Part shown: one piece after another, positions 34,479-50,317 of the stretch
How positions within the stretch are numbered: position 1 is the first letter of the stretch
Layout of the letters: each line of letters starts with the position of its first letter
Source: the human T2T-CHM13v2.0 reference genome, Homo sapiens
Direction: 5' to 3' (one strand)
Length of the DNA: 64,000 bases
Assembly (NCBI RefSeq): GCF_009914755.1
Contig: NC_060925.1
Notes under the pieces: model-generated
The model's database searches: none
The model's input: only the letters and a program-made list of their open reading frames with translations
What the model was told of the DNA's origin: nothing
Translations under genes and position numbers: made by a program

Positions 34479-34708
34479 AAAGAAATGAACTATCTATAAT
34501 GAGGCAATTTTCCAAATTCTGAATGACAGAATACGGGGCCTTTTCCCATAAACCTTGAGGTAATCATTTTTTAAAACTGTTTGGGAGAAGACAGTTAATA
34601 TTCTGGGAACTTTAATATTTTCATAAATAAAACTGAGCACTTTTGCATCAGCTGATACAATCATCTCATATATTTAAGGGCATATCCTAGTAAATATTTG
34701 TCTTTCTA

Positions 34709-34933
<225 letters not shown>

Positions 34934-35862
34934 TTAGCTGAACTAATTCCCTTTCCTATTCTCCACTATTCTTTAAAAGAATAACTTGTTGACATGTTAT
35001 AGTTATTAGATTTACTTCTTTTGGATAATATTTTAAATATCTTTAACAGTAACTCATTGCTATGGTAATAATTTATAGTTTACAGAGAACATTAACTTGC
35101 TAGTCAGAAGATGTAAGAATATAAACATTTCTGCCTTCAGGTAAGGAAATTCATTTTAGTGATCAAAATACTTGAAAGACTGCTCAACAATCAGTCTCTT
35201 AAGGCAAATAGCTGGTTATCTTTGCAACACCAGCACCTGTCAAAGTTCTTAATACACATTAGATACTCAGGAAATGTTTCTGTTTTACTGAACTGGAAGC
35301 TATCGGGCTAATTGCTGGTTTAAATTCCCTCATTTGCCCTAAAGAAAATATTGTTGCAAACTAAATTCTGTATTTAAGTAAATTCTAAATATGGAAAGCA
35401 AGAGCAATAAAACTCTGTAGGTTCTAGTTTTGAAGAAGTAATACCACTTCAACTTATTAACCTGGTGTTAGCAATAAACACAATTCCTGATATTCAAGTG
35501 AATATTCATTTCAATTTTATATATATGAATCAAGTCAAAACTGAGGTGGTAAACATCTGTCAAGTTTTCTTGTATTTTTTCAGATGTATACTGCATGTTC
35601 ACACAAACATTTCCTAAAATGTAGGTACAGAATTGCTATAAAATCATTATTTTTAAATTCATCATAAGAACTACTTAAAGCAATCTTATACGGAATTCTC
35701 TCACACGGTCAAAGGTTTTCTGGCAATATAGTTTAATATTTATAGTTTACTTTGATCAGCACACAATTCTTATTTTCCTAAAATAAGATCTTCATCCTTG
35801 AGATATTTTCTAACACTTTTAAACATTGAGCTTTGCCTTTAATATTTGCCTTAATTATACTA

Positions 35863-36087
<225 letters not shown>

Positions 36088-37224
36088 TTAGCTAACATCT
36101 TTAAAACAAACAGTAAGTCATGGTATTGAATAAATTTTGTTCAATTTCTTACCTTTGTCATATATTTGCATGCATTCCATTCCTATAAAACATTTCTCAT
36201 TTTAAAATAAATGTATAAAAATGTAAAAAATGTGTAAAATAAGAATTGAAGAAAAGGAAATGCTATACAAATTCACTTAGAAGTAAATCTGAATATTTTT
36301 ACATTAACTCCTTATTAGTGTATTTGAATATAAAGAAACTAAGACTACTTATAGTTACATTTTGAAGCTAAACAAGGTAAATTTTAAAATGCTGTAATTG
36401 TTATTTCATCAAATCAGATCTTTTCACATTTACCAAAAATAAATTATTCCCTTTTTCGGAAAGAAAAATCCCCTACCTAATGGATTATGTAGCCCACAGG
36501 CTGGGGTTGCCTTTGACATCTCTATTTAAACTGCACTTCTTTACTAATATACCTCATTTGGGTCCTTACAACTTTTTTAGACTCTCAATCCCCCTCAGTT
36601 TCAAATGGGCTAATACACTAACAAGGGTCACTTTCACTTAAACATTTTTGTCTCTTCTTAAGCTGACAGCACTTTAACTATGCAAACCATTCTAATTTAA
36701 AATTCATCTACTCCAACTTTAACTGGCCCTTAATGCTGCATCCACTAAGCAGTTTCAGATCTCACTCTCTCTCCTTAAGCCTTTTACTGTCAATCACAAC
36801 AGAAGACCTTACTTCCAACTTAGGAAAGAAGAGCCATTCTGAATTTGCTCTGGCCAGGTCTTTTAACACAATTCCATCTTTATAGCTCACAAAGAGTCTT
36901 TCCTTTTTGTCTCAGAAAAAGTGTACCTTCTCACAGAAAATAATTTCTTCATATGTTCAATGAACGCTGTCTTTTTTCAACAGCTTCAATGTCTCCCCTC
37001 ATTAGGTTCTTCCCTTCTTTCTTCAAATATGCCTTTCCTATCTTGAAAATACATCATCACTTTAAAAAGTTGAGATTAGAAAACAGGTAGTCTTCTCCCA
37101 GAGCCCTTGATTGTATCTGCCATTTTACAAAGCTGTATGTGAAATCTAGATGGAGATTCTTTCTTCTTTCTTCCAGCTCTTTAATCATAAAGTATACTTT
37201 TATAGAGGCTTAAAACACATGAAA

Positions 37225-37560
37225 GCAAACAGCTGAGAGATGGCCACACACTCAGACTACAACATCCAGAAAGAGTCTGCCTGCACTTGGTGCTTTGCCC
37301 GTGAGGTGGCACCAATGGGCCTTGCCTGCACCAGCTCGCTCAGAAACACAACTGCGACAAGATGATCTGCCTCAAGGGTTATGCTCACCTGCATCCCTGT
37401 GCCGTAACTGCCGCAAGAAGTACAGCCACAAAACATGCTGTGCCCCCAAAAGAAGGTCAAATAAGACACCTCCCCTGGCTCCTCCTTCTCCCACTGGGTG
37501 GCCTCCTGCCCAAGCCCCATGGCCCTGGGGCCTCAATAATGTTTCCCTTTTATTGACTAG
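37225..37560 (+). pseudogene. 5'-truncated processed pseudogene of UBA52 (ubiquitin C-terminus + ribosomal eL40 + 3'UTR)
   Basis: Reads [57 protein letters not shown] (TAA 37462-64) without introns, with frameshifts and a TGA at 37302. A UBA52-like 3'UTR follows, with the polyA signal decayed to AATAAT. Confidence 0.9.
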
Positions 37561-38643
37561 TGGGTATAGGGAGGGTCGGTGGGTGGAAAGTATACATTTA
37601 AACATTGTCAAGAACCACATCTAGTGAACCTATCTCAGATCTCATTCTCCAGCTCCACTTGACACTTTGTCACCTTATATATTCTCTTCTCAGGATTTTC
37701 TCCAGTAGTTCCCACCTTCCCCAGATTCCTCATCATTATTCTCAAGGCTTAGATTCTGGCCAATTGCTTTTCACGTTCTCCTCTTTGACTTTCTGTATCA
37801 GCACTAATGTTTGCCAAAGGTATGCCTTATCTCTCAGCAGCTACCATACTCATACTCCAATCTATCTAAACTCTATCCACTTGTCTTCATAAAGCCTTTT
37901 CATATGCTTACATTGCTCAATCCCATTGTTATTAAATATATATTAATACAAGATCTGTAATATCCTATTCTAGATGTTGAAGATAAAGACATTCCCCATT
38001 TTTAAGTGGCTCACTTTAGCAAGAGAGAAACACGGACACAAACATAATAATTCTTCAATACTTCAAATAATTCTTCAATTCTTTATAAATGCTACAATTA
38101 AGGAACATAAATCCTCTCATCTTCTAAAGAACCATGTACTACAAAACTAACATTTAATCATAGTGTACTGTTTTGCAGTCTTAACTTTCTAATTACAATG
38201 AAAGTTTCTAAAGAGCAAATCTTTCATTAATTATAGAACATATTATTGCCACTTAAGGAATTATTCTTGATTACGTAGCAAGCATGTGGATTAAAAGACA
38301 AACATTCCTCTCAAGGATCTCTCCAAGACAATGCTGCATATAATCTATATACCTCCCAAGACAGTAAAATTTAAAGATGAGATATGAGTTTCTTACAGTT
38401 AATCCTTCATTCATCAAATTAACATACATTAGCAAGTGTCCACTTTGTGCCAGACATAATACTAAGGCACTGGGAATACAGCACTGAACAAGCAAGACAA
38501 GGTGCCTGTTCTCATGCTCTCACATGCTCACATTCTACTGGGAGAGGACAGATCATAAACAAGCAAATTTCAGATAAGTGCCTTGTAGAAACTAAAACAG
38601 GGTTACATGGCTGAGAATGATTGTGACAAGGACAACATGGCTG

Positions 38644-39225
38644 TTATTTATGAGACAGAGTCTTGCTCTGTTGTCTAGGCTGTGGCGTGATGTTGGCTCA
38701 CTGTAACCTCCGCCTCCCAGCTTCAAGTGATTCTCATGCCTCAGCCTCCCGAGTAGCTGGGATTAGAGGCAAGCACCACCATGCCCAAGTAATTTTTGTA
38801 TTTTTAGTAGAGATGGGGTTTTACTATGTTGGCCAGGCTGGTCTCAAACTCCTGACCTCAAGTGATCCACCCATCTCAGCCTCCCAAAGTGCTGAGATTA
38901 TAGGTGTGAGCCACCATGCCAGGCCTATTTATTTATTTAATTTTCTTGAGACAGGGTCTCACTCTGTCACCCAGGCTGGAATACAGTGGTGTGATCATTG
39001 CAGCCTTGACCTCTTGGACTTAAGTGATCCTCCCTCCTCAGCCTCCTGAGTAGCTGGGACTATAGGTATGCACCACCATGTACGGCTAATTAAAAAAATT
39101 TTTTTGGTACAGACAGGGTCTCACTATGTTGCCTAGGCTGGTGTTGAACTCCTGGACTCAAGCAGTCCTCCTGCCTCAGCCTCGCAAAGTGTTGGGATTA
39201 CAGGCATGAGCCTCTGTGCCTGGCC
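38644..39225 (-). mobile_element. Tandem AluS (38644-38925) + AluJ (38927-39225) inside an L2 remnant
   Basis: Two reverse Alu dimers; L2-like flanks. Confidence 0.85.
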
Positions 39226-39539
39226 AATATGGCTGTAATTTAGGTTAGGTGGTCAATGAAAATCTCACTGAGAAGATGCTGTTTGAACAGATACCTGAAG
39301 AACCACAAGCAAGAAATGACTATGTGAACATCTGAGGGCTGTTCAACATTGCTTCAAGAGGAGAAAAATCCAAGTGCAAAGGCCTGAAGGTGGGAATGAG
39401 CTTGGTGCATTAGAGAAACAGAAAGTAGGCCAGCATGGCTAGATCTTAGTATATGAGGAGGAAGAGAGTGGCAGGAGTAGACAAGAGCCAGATACACAGG
39501 GCCTTAAGAACCTATATATGGCAACTATATGCAAGACTA

Positions 39540-39890
39540 TCTTGCAGTCATGAGAGGCTCCAGCCTTAGGATAAAGCTGACACTTCTAGCAGAGGTAAGA
39601 AATGTAAAGAACTGGAATCATGATGGTATCACTGAGCTGATGATATTACTGTGCTAAAAACCTATCTTTCTGGGGGTTTATCCGTTCGGAGCCCCCCCTC
39701 CCTCTATATCAGGCAGCCGTTTTCTTATTTCTTTCCTCTTTCTTGCCTATTAAACTTTCTGCTCCTTAAAACCAAAAATAATAAATAATAAATAATAAAA
39801 ATCCTATCTTTCTTCCAATTTTGAAATAGTAAATTTCCTTCCTTTAATAAAGCCAGCTGGAGGAAGAATTTTCTATTTATTGTAACCAAA
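39540..39890. mobile_element. MLT1-like (MaLR) LTR remnant interrupted at 39672-39800
   Basis: MLT1-like ATCTTGCAGTCATGAG..CACTGAGCTG..AAATTTCCTT..AAGCCAG..TGTAACCAAAA. Confidence 0.5.
39672..39800 (+). mobile_element. Polyadenylated ERV1 (MER4-group-like) LTR 3' fragment with TSD
   Basis: ..CTTGCCTATTAAACTTTCTGCTCC.., A-rich tail from 39774, flanking repeat CCTATCTTTCT. Confidence 0.6.
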
Positions 39891-40551
39891 AACAGGTTCA
39901 CATACCAAGTAAAAATATTGAAAATACAGATTCAAATGAGTGAGCTATACCAGTTATTTTAAAAAGCTAGTATGTTTAGGTAAGTTGTTTTTAGAGTGTT
40001 TTTTCCCCAAATAACAGATTCCTTTATTTATTTTTTTTTAATGACATCATAGTCATTTGTCAAATGGCAAAATACAAAAGTGGCGCCAAGCAGGGGTGGA
40101 AGGCCCAGAGTTTCACCCATTTAGTTTGCCCTCTCTATACTCCAAAGTCTGCACACACACTGCCCACCCCAATCTACACAGAAACCCATTAAGCACCTCT
40201 TCAGGACCCTACAGTTCTGTTTAGAACACAGGGTGAAAAACTACTTCTTTAAAATAGATTCCAAACTTAGGAAGTTGCCATTATAAAAAACACATGTCTT
40301 TCACTTGCAGATCTGGCCTTTCACAATTTATTCGGTATTGACTATGCCCCTGACATACTGCTAAGAACTTGACATACCTCCTCTTTTATTCATTCAATAA
40401 ATATATCAGCAGAACCTTGTAAAAACCTATTTAAAGTATCTCTTTTCGTTCTTGCATGAGGCTAAACTGCATTATAAACTTGGATTATTCCTACTACAAA
40501 AAAAAAATTTTAAGCGATTATCACCCAAATGAGTTATGGTCATACTATTAA

Positions 40552-40891
<340 letters not shown>

Positions 40892-40924
40892 ACATTAAGC
40901 TACTTCTATAAATTCAAATCATTA

Positions 40925-41242
40925 GGTCGGTGCAGTGGCTCACGCCTGTAATCCTAGCATGCTGGGAGGCCGAGGCGGGCTGATCACTCGAGGCCAGGAG
41001 TTGGGAGACCAGCCTGGCCAACATGGCAAAACCCCATTTCTACTAAAATTACAAAAATTAGCCGGGAGTGGTGGCACGCGCCTGTAGTCCCAACTACTCA
41101 GAAGGCTGAGGCAGAAGAATTGCTTGAGCCTGGGAGGCAGAGGTTACAGCAGGCTGAAATCATGCCACTGTTGTCCACCCTGGGTGAGGGTGACAGAGTG
41201 AGACCTATTCTCAAAAAAACAAAACAAACAAACAAACAAAAA
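40925..41242 (+). mobile_element. Alu (S/J)
   Basis: Full dimer, (AAAC)n tail. Confidence 0.86.
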
Positions 41243-41402
41243 TCACATCATCAGACAATATACTTTTCTAACTACATCAATTTCCAAACATCCTTTAATA
41301 ATGTACACAACTTTGGAAGTTTTTAAAACCTAAAGATATTTGTTTATAGGGCAATTTTTGAAATAAAATGCTACATAGTATGATGGCAAATTATAAATTT
41401 TT

Positions 41403-41767
<365 letters not shown>

Positions 41768-42083
41768 TCAAAAAATCTATCTACTAATATGCATAATTTA
41801 TTTTATATACTATTAAGAAGAAAAAGAACACTACTAAATGAATTATGATACGCCACCAATTTTAAGACAAATCCCAAATTCAGAGGTGACAAAATATGAG
41901 AAAAAGTCTTTCATAAAACTGATTAAACAGATAAATAATATAAGTGAGAAACTTAGTGAAGAGGGAAGTAGAAAAAGAGTGTGAAAGATTATTCTCCTAA
42001 TCCTCAGGAAATGTGAGTGGAATACTTCTGTCCACTGTTCCAAATCAAACTCATATTCTACAAGGTAAAAACTAGTGTACTCA

Positions 42084-42329
<246 letters not shown>

Positions 42330-43896
42330 TTATATTACTAACACTGAAGACAAAGCAACTTTTCAGACTTTTGGGACAGGAAACTATGATGAGATTGCTT
42401 TATTAAGTTAATTACTTTATTATAGAAATTAATCATTGAAAATTTAATTATTTTACATTTCTTTTTTCACATATACTTTCCTACATATTTTCCCCTTTAT
42501 TCTCTTAGCCACTTTTCAATACCACACTCTGATGGAAAAAAGAAGCAACTAAATCCAAATGACATAGTATGCACTTACCCCAAAGTACAAGAGAAATATT
42601 CATAGTCAAGGCTATTGGTTTCCAGAGAAATTCGAAACACCAGTACAATTGTTTTTCACAGAATATACTATCTCTGGAAAATTACCATCATTTTGTTGTC
42701 TAACTGAGTTTTTTTTTTAACATCTTAATACTTCAAAATATTATAGCATTCTCCAAGATACAGTCCATATTCAGGACTCATGTGGGGTTTCTTAGTGCAA
42801 CAATAGATTTCACATTTCTCTATGGCGAAATCTTCTCCTAATAAGAATATAAAACTCTTCTTAGCCTTTCAAAAAAGAGTGATGTCTCTGTTATCTGAAA
42901 GAATCTGAAAATTACATAGCTAGCTGAGAAAGTGGGCAACAAGATAACAGAAGAAATTCTATGAGCATTTCCTGGCTGAAAGAGATGTTCAGTAAGGAAT
43001 TAGATATAAACAAATATGTTTCCTTAAGGGTGTTAGCAACCATATTTATGATTAATCTGTCTTTGTGTAGCTACATCTTTGGCAGAGGACAGGGAAAGAA
43101 AGAAAAAGGCCAGCCTCATCCATTAGATTAAGGGCATGCTAGCCAGACTGAAGAGTTTGTGGAAAAATAGGCTGATCCAGAAGATTTTTTTACAGAGATA
43201 AAATGAAAAGTTGTGGGTACTCTTTGATGTTTTCTAGTCTTTCTAGCTGAAGTTTAAATTTTGTTTTTTAAATCACGCATATGAGATATCACCTACAGAA
43301 TCCTATTCAGGAATTAAATATATTGAAAACAAAATTAAGAAGTATTAAGATTAACTAACTTTCACTTTAGAAATTAAGAGCTTAAAAAAAGTAGCCTCCT
43401 TGCCTCAGGAATAATACAGTAGAACGAGTATTTCACTGGACAAAGGAAAATATAGGCTTCTCTGATACTAAAACCGCAAAATCTCTTAATCTCAATTTAT
43501 AAAAGAGGACATACATATTAACTGCTACAATAACACTTTTTCATCTACAGAGAACCTACTAGCTGTTGAAGTCAAGTGCCACCCACTGAAAAACCCATCA
43601 ATTTTCATCTGGTTTCCTTTGGGGTTTCTGGATACAAGAGAGTTAAGCAGGGCTTTGTCATGCCTCCACTGCAGTTTGACTTCTTTCTCTGTTCAATTAT
43701 GCTTCATCCCCCACTTCCTTTCACAGGTATTGATCTCTAAAACACATCTTGCATTTGAAACTCATTCTTGGTGTCTGCTTCAAGAGAACTCAATTTGTGA
43801 AAACATCTTAATTAGTAAGTTTATTTAGGTGAATTCATTCACATGTGCATTAAGTCTATGAAAGGAATATAAAACAGTGGTTAAGAACTTGGGCTC

Positions 43897-44283
<387 letters not shown>

Positions 44284-44455
44284 CTAACCTGCAAAATGGG
44301 TATAATAACAGAACTTGCCTTTTTAGAGTTATTCTGAGGATTAAATGACTTTTAATACTTACAAAGCACTAAGAACTGAGCCTATCATACAGCTGTTATT
44401 CAATAAGTGTTATTTTTTCCATTGTTTAAAACTATTCTTCACAAAAGTGACTTTA

Positions 44456-44695
<240 letters not shown>

Positions 44696-46127
44696 CTATT
44701 ATTTCTTTAATACTAATACCAGAATGGCAAATTAGAATTAAAGAGATAGTACTTGGTATCCAGTTTGGGTTTTGTGGCTTAAGTAGCAGTATCACCTTTT
44801 TCCAGAGTTACTGCTAAAATTAAAAATTTTAAACTATCAGGTTTACTGTATAAACATATTTGACTAACCTAAAAGCCACATTCTTGTATTTCCAATATAG
44901 CATCAATATTTCTACTTCTCATAAAACAGGGAAAACGTATATCACCAAAAATAACTTCTTATTACTTCCTTCTTAAAAGAAATTATCAATTCTTTTTATA
45001 GCACTTTGTGCTTACCTGTATTTATAATTTGTCTGTTTTCTCAGCAACATCATAAGCTACTTGAGGAGACATACTATAAACTGATTTAACAGCTTTAGTG
45101 TCCCTACAGCTTAGCTCAATGTTTGACAAATATAGGAGATCAATGCTTAAAGAATAAAGACAGGACAAGTTCTGGTAGCAATAGTACATAAAGTTTTGGG
45201 GGAAAGGTAAAAATGATACATATCGTGTTGCAAGTATTTCCATGTGGGTGAGTGCCCATGCATAGTTTTAACTTTTCTATTAGAAGAAATAAACAATAAA
45301 GGCATCCAATAGAATATTCAAAATTCTAAATATTAGACTGCCAAATAGAATTCTGGACTATTAGTTCCCTAAAACTAATCTGTAGACCAGTTGTGAGGTG
45401 CTTCACAAGCACTGTGTGCTCCTCATCCCCACCACCATAAGTTTGAACTTCTCAATAATTCTGGGATGGGACTCAGAAATATGTATATTTTTAAAGCTCC
45501 TTTAAAAGGTAATTCTGAAAGGCTTATACAGTTTACTACCAAAGTGGCCCAGCAGAACCAATAACTAATGTTTTCTAGAAGGCAGACTTCACTAATCAGT
45601 TGATAAAAATTTTAAAACAAAATCAGCTATGTTTGGAAAAGTTCCAGGATGCTTTTAATTTCGTAAAGTCAAGATAATGAACATATGGCAAATGGGTAAA
45701 CATCCATAATTCCAAACTCTACAATGTCCAGGGCTGGATTAGGAGGAATACCCAGCAAAATGCAGTTGCTTTAAAAATCACTCAAGATACAGAAGTCCAC
45801 TCGGTATAAATGCTCCACTTGCATGACATCTTGAGACTGCTTTACATTACTACTGACTTGATAGTATGATCCAGAATGAGGATTAAAGAGTCATGAGTAG
45901 GCCAGTATAACTCAAGGAAATACTGGCTGTACTGATAACAGCTTGCCACAGTCCTTGTGTCCTGATAAAACATGTGTAATTTACTTTTGCCTTGCTAATA
46001 AAAATATGTTACTTTGGCTACTTTTTGTTTTAACATCAGTATATAAATGTGCTCTTAAGGTCTCTTAGCTCTAACTTTGAAAAGAACTAACATAGTATTT
46101 AAATTATTTGATTACTAATTATTCCTA

Positions 46128-46283
<156 letters not shown>

Positions 46284-46301
46284 TTAAAGTATGATAGCTT
46301 A

Positions 46302-46505
<204 letters not shown>

Positions 46506-46705
46506 TTATTAATTTCCTATGAATATATTTAACAATTACAACAACTCTAAACACTTGGACTATTTTTAAAATATGGCATGTAATTTAATAGATGACTGAA
46601 ATATTTTTAGCTTCTCAAATATTTTTTAAAGTTCCCTACAATGTTTTGTATTTGCTTAAAATAAAATAAAAAAACCACCATATTACTTTCAGAAAATTAT
46701 GCTAG

Positions 46706-47069
<364 letters not shown>

Positions 47070-47955
47070 AAAAAAAGTTTAATTAAATTTTTCCAAGACT
47101 CAATAATTTTGCCATTCCAAAGCTCCCAAATTCTAAGCTTTGAAAGGTTAGAAACCCTGTCTTCACTATAGTGTCCTCAGTAGCTAATACACAGATGATA
47201 GCATATAGTGGGAATACAATAAATATGAGGACTATATTGTATTGTATTTGTACTGAATATTGTGCAGATTCTTTATTATAACACTGTGGTAATGGTAACA
47301 AAGAATTTTAAACTTTAAATTCAGGGAAATTGAAGCTAAAGTCCTAAACTTAATATAGAGCACAGCCAAGTTTTAAATTGCAGTCTTTTGACTATTTTGT
47401 ATTTTAGAAACCTGAACATATATGTAAGACTACTAAAAAACGGTGAAAATTACAATTTTTACCTTACAGGAGAAGCAGAGATGTACATGAATTACGAATT
47501 TAAGGTTTATTTTCTAGGAAATAAATGAATTGTCACTTATATATAGTCCCTGATTTATTTTTTCTGTAGATTATTAAATCTCTAGAAGAAATGTTTTCTT
47601 ACCCATAATATAGGTAACATTCAATGCTGAGGACCACCCTATGACATACTCTGGAAGATCCTTTTCTCTTTTTTGTTGTTTTGTTTTATATTTTTTTACA
47701 TACTTCTTTTTTGGAAGAAAAAGTTTCAGTGAAGGTGAAGACGACGGTCCCAAGTGCTGAAATGCCTGAGTTTTAATTACAGTCCTGCTACCTACAAGCT
47801 GTGCATTCTAAGACAAGTTACTTAACTTCTCTGTGCCTTAGTAATACCTAGGCCACAGGGCAGTACTGGCATATTGTGCCCACTTGATAAATGTTTGTAA
47901 TGTTTGTTGCCTTTGTTTACATATGTGTGTGTTTACATATACAAGTTTATATGTA

Positions 47956-48369
47956 CAGGTGACCCTTGAACAGCATGGGTTTGAACTGCATGAGTCCACT
48001 TATATGTAGGTTTTCTCCCACCTCTGCCACTCCTGAGACAGCAAAACCAACCCCTCCTCTTCAGCCTATTCAATGTGAAGACAATGAGGATGGAGACATT
48101 TATGATGATCCACTTCCAATTAATGAAAAGCAAATATATTTTAACTTCCTTATAATTTTCTTAATAACATTTTCTTTTCGCTAGCTTATTCTAAGAACAC
48201 AGTATATAATATGAATAACATACAAAATATGATTATGTTACCAGTAAGGCATCTGGTCAGCAGTAGGCTATTAGTAGTTAAGTTTTAGGTGAGTCAGAAG
48301 TTATATGCAGATTTTGACTGTGTGGGGGAGTCGGTTCCCCTAAACCCCAAGTTGTTCAAGGGTCAACTG
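47956..48369. mobile_element. Tigger2a/MER28 (TcMar-Tigger non-autonomous DNA transposon)
   Basis: TIRs CAGGTGACCCTTGAACAGC...GTTGTTCAAGGGTCAACTG; TA at the left junction. Confidence 0.85.
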
Positions 48370-48449
48370 TTCATATATATGTATTTATTAATTGAAATAT
48401 TAATTCACTCATTTTAAAAGTGTCACTTATTTGATTAAGCAAAAAGTAC

Positions 48450-48748
48450 TTAAAAAATTTAAAGAGACAGGATCTTGCTCTGTTATCCATGCGGAGTGCA
48501 GTGGTGATCATAGCTGACTGCAGCCTTGAACTTCTGGGCTCAAGCAAGCCTCCCTCCTCAGCCTTCCAAGTAGATGGAACTACAGGTTTGTGCCACCAGG
48601 TTTAGCTAATTTAAAAAAAATTTTTTTTGGTAGATATGGGCTCTTGCTATGTTGCCCAGGCTGGTCTCAAACTCCTGATCTCAAGTGATCCTCCTGCCTC
48701 GGCCTTCTAAAGTGCTGAGATTACAGGTGTGAGCCACTGCACCCAGCC
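48450..48748 (-). mobile_element. AluJ
   Basis: Reverse dimer. Confidence 0.83.
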
Positions 48749-49166
48749 AGTACTGTTGTTTTTTTATTGATTGTAACTGGCATTTCCCTAAGGGTTTACT
48801 AGCCATAACAATAGCAGTGGGTATCTATAAAGCTCTTTCCATCTTTGGTATAAAATCTACAATACTGTCATTATACACTTCATGTATAATGACTAGCAAA
48901 GAATGTATCACAAGTTTCCTTTGAAAATATAGCTAGCTTATGCAACCATCCCTGAGAAAATAAGAGTTAAAATGAGCCTCACTCTTAATTCCACCTAAAC
49001 TGTGTTGAGTGTCCACAGTGTTTATTTAGAGATGTAACACATGTAATTTTGTCTTAGAGGCACATGGAAAAGCGTTAAGATGTGCAACAGAAAAAGATTT
49101 CTAAGGTAACAAATGAGCTAGCATAAAATTGTTCACTAAGAGAAAAAATATTAAAGAACATGCTCA

Positions 49167-49274
<108 letters not shown>

Positions 49275-50203
49275 CTATCCAGAAGTAAATCCAAAGTTAT
49301 TATCAAAGTCAAATCTGCTGATAACATAAACCAAATCATAATGCAAATACAAACGAAGATATAATGAGAATAAGCAAAATAAGGCACGTGAACCATTCAA
49401 TGATGCACTGAAGACACCCATTAACGAAACGGCTATTTATGTATGTAAGACAGTGGTATGTGGAACAGCTGAAAAAATTACATGTTATCTTGCAGTAAAA
49501 TGTAATTTTAAAAGGACAGGTAGAAGATAGCCTCCTAAATTGTACCTGCAAACAGAAACTAGACTAAAAACTTATAGTACAGTAATATTTTGTTTGTATC
49601 TTAAGTACATTTTTAAACATACGCAAATACATGCATGAACTTTGCTGGTACAATTTAGGAAATACATTTTAAAATTTAAACTTTGCTATGAGCCATTAAT
49701 TTTCAAGTTTTCAGGTAAGGTCTTTTTAAAAAAAAAATAGCAGAAGATTTCTGCCTTATAATGGATATGCATACAAAGCATTTGCAAAGTAGTGTATATT
49801 AATATGAAAAAGGACTAACAAAACTGTGCATAAGGGAAGCAAATCAACATATCTTACTAAGAGTGACAATTTTTCTAACTCATCTTCCTTTCCCTGGAGA
49901 TTTAAAACACAAAACAGAAGCAGTTACAGAAACAGAATTAAGAGTTGATACATTTTTTTGGTACTAAAATTTGATGATCAAATTTGAATTCACTAAATCC
50001 TAAAAATAGTCAATCCCAAAGATATAAACATTATCATAATGTAAAAAAGTATACATTGACAAGATATGCCCCAAAAGGCATCAGACAAGCAATGCTTGTT
50101 CAGATATATTTTTAAGCACAATGCAATTACTGTAAGTATCTCATACTGGTTATGTAAAGAAATCTTACATCTATTTAATTGGTGAAATTATTTTCCCCCT
50201 CTA

Positions 50204-50317
<114 letters not shown>

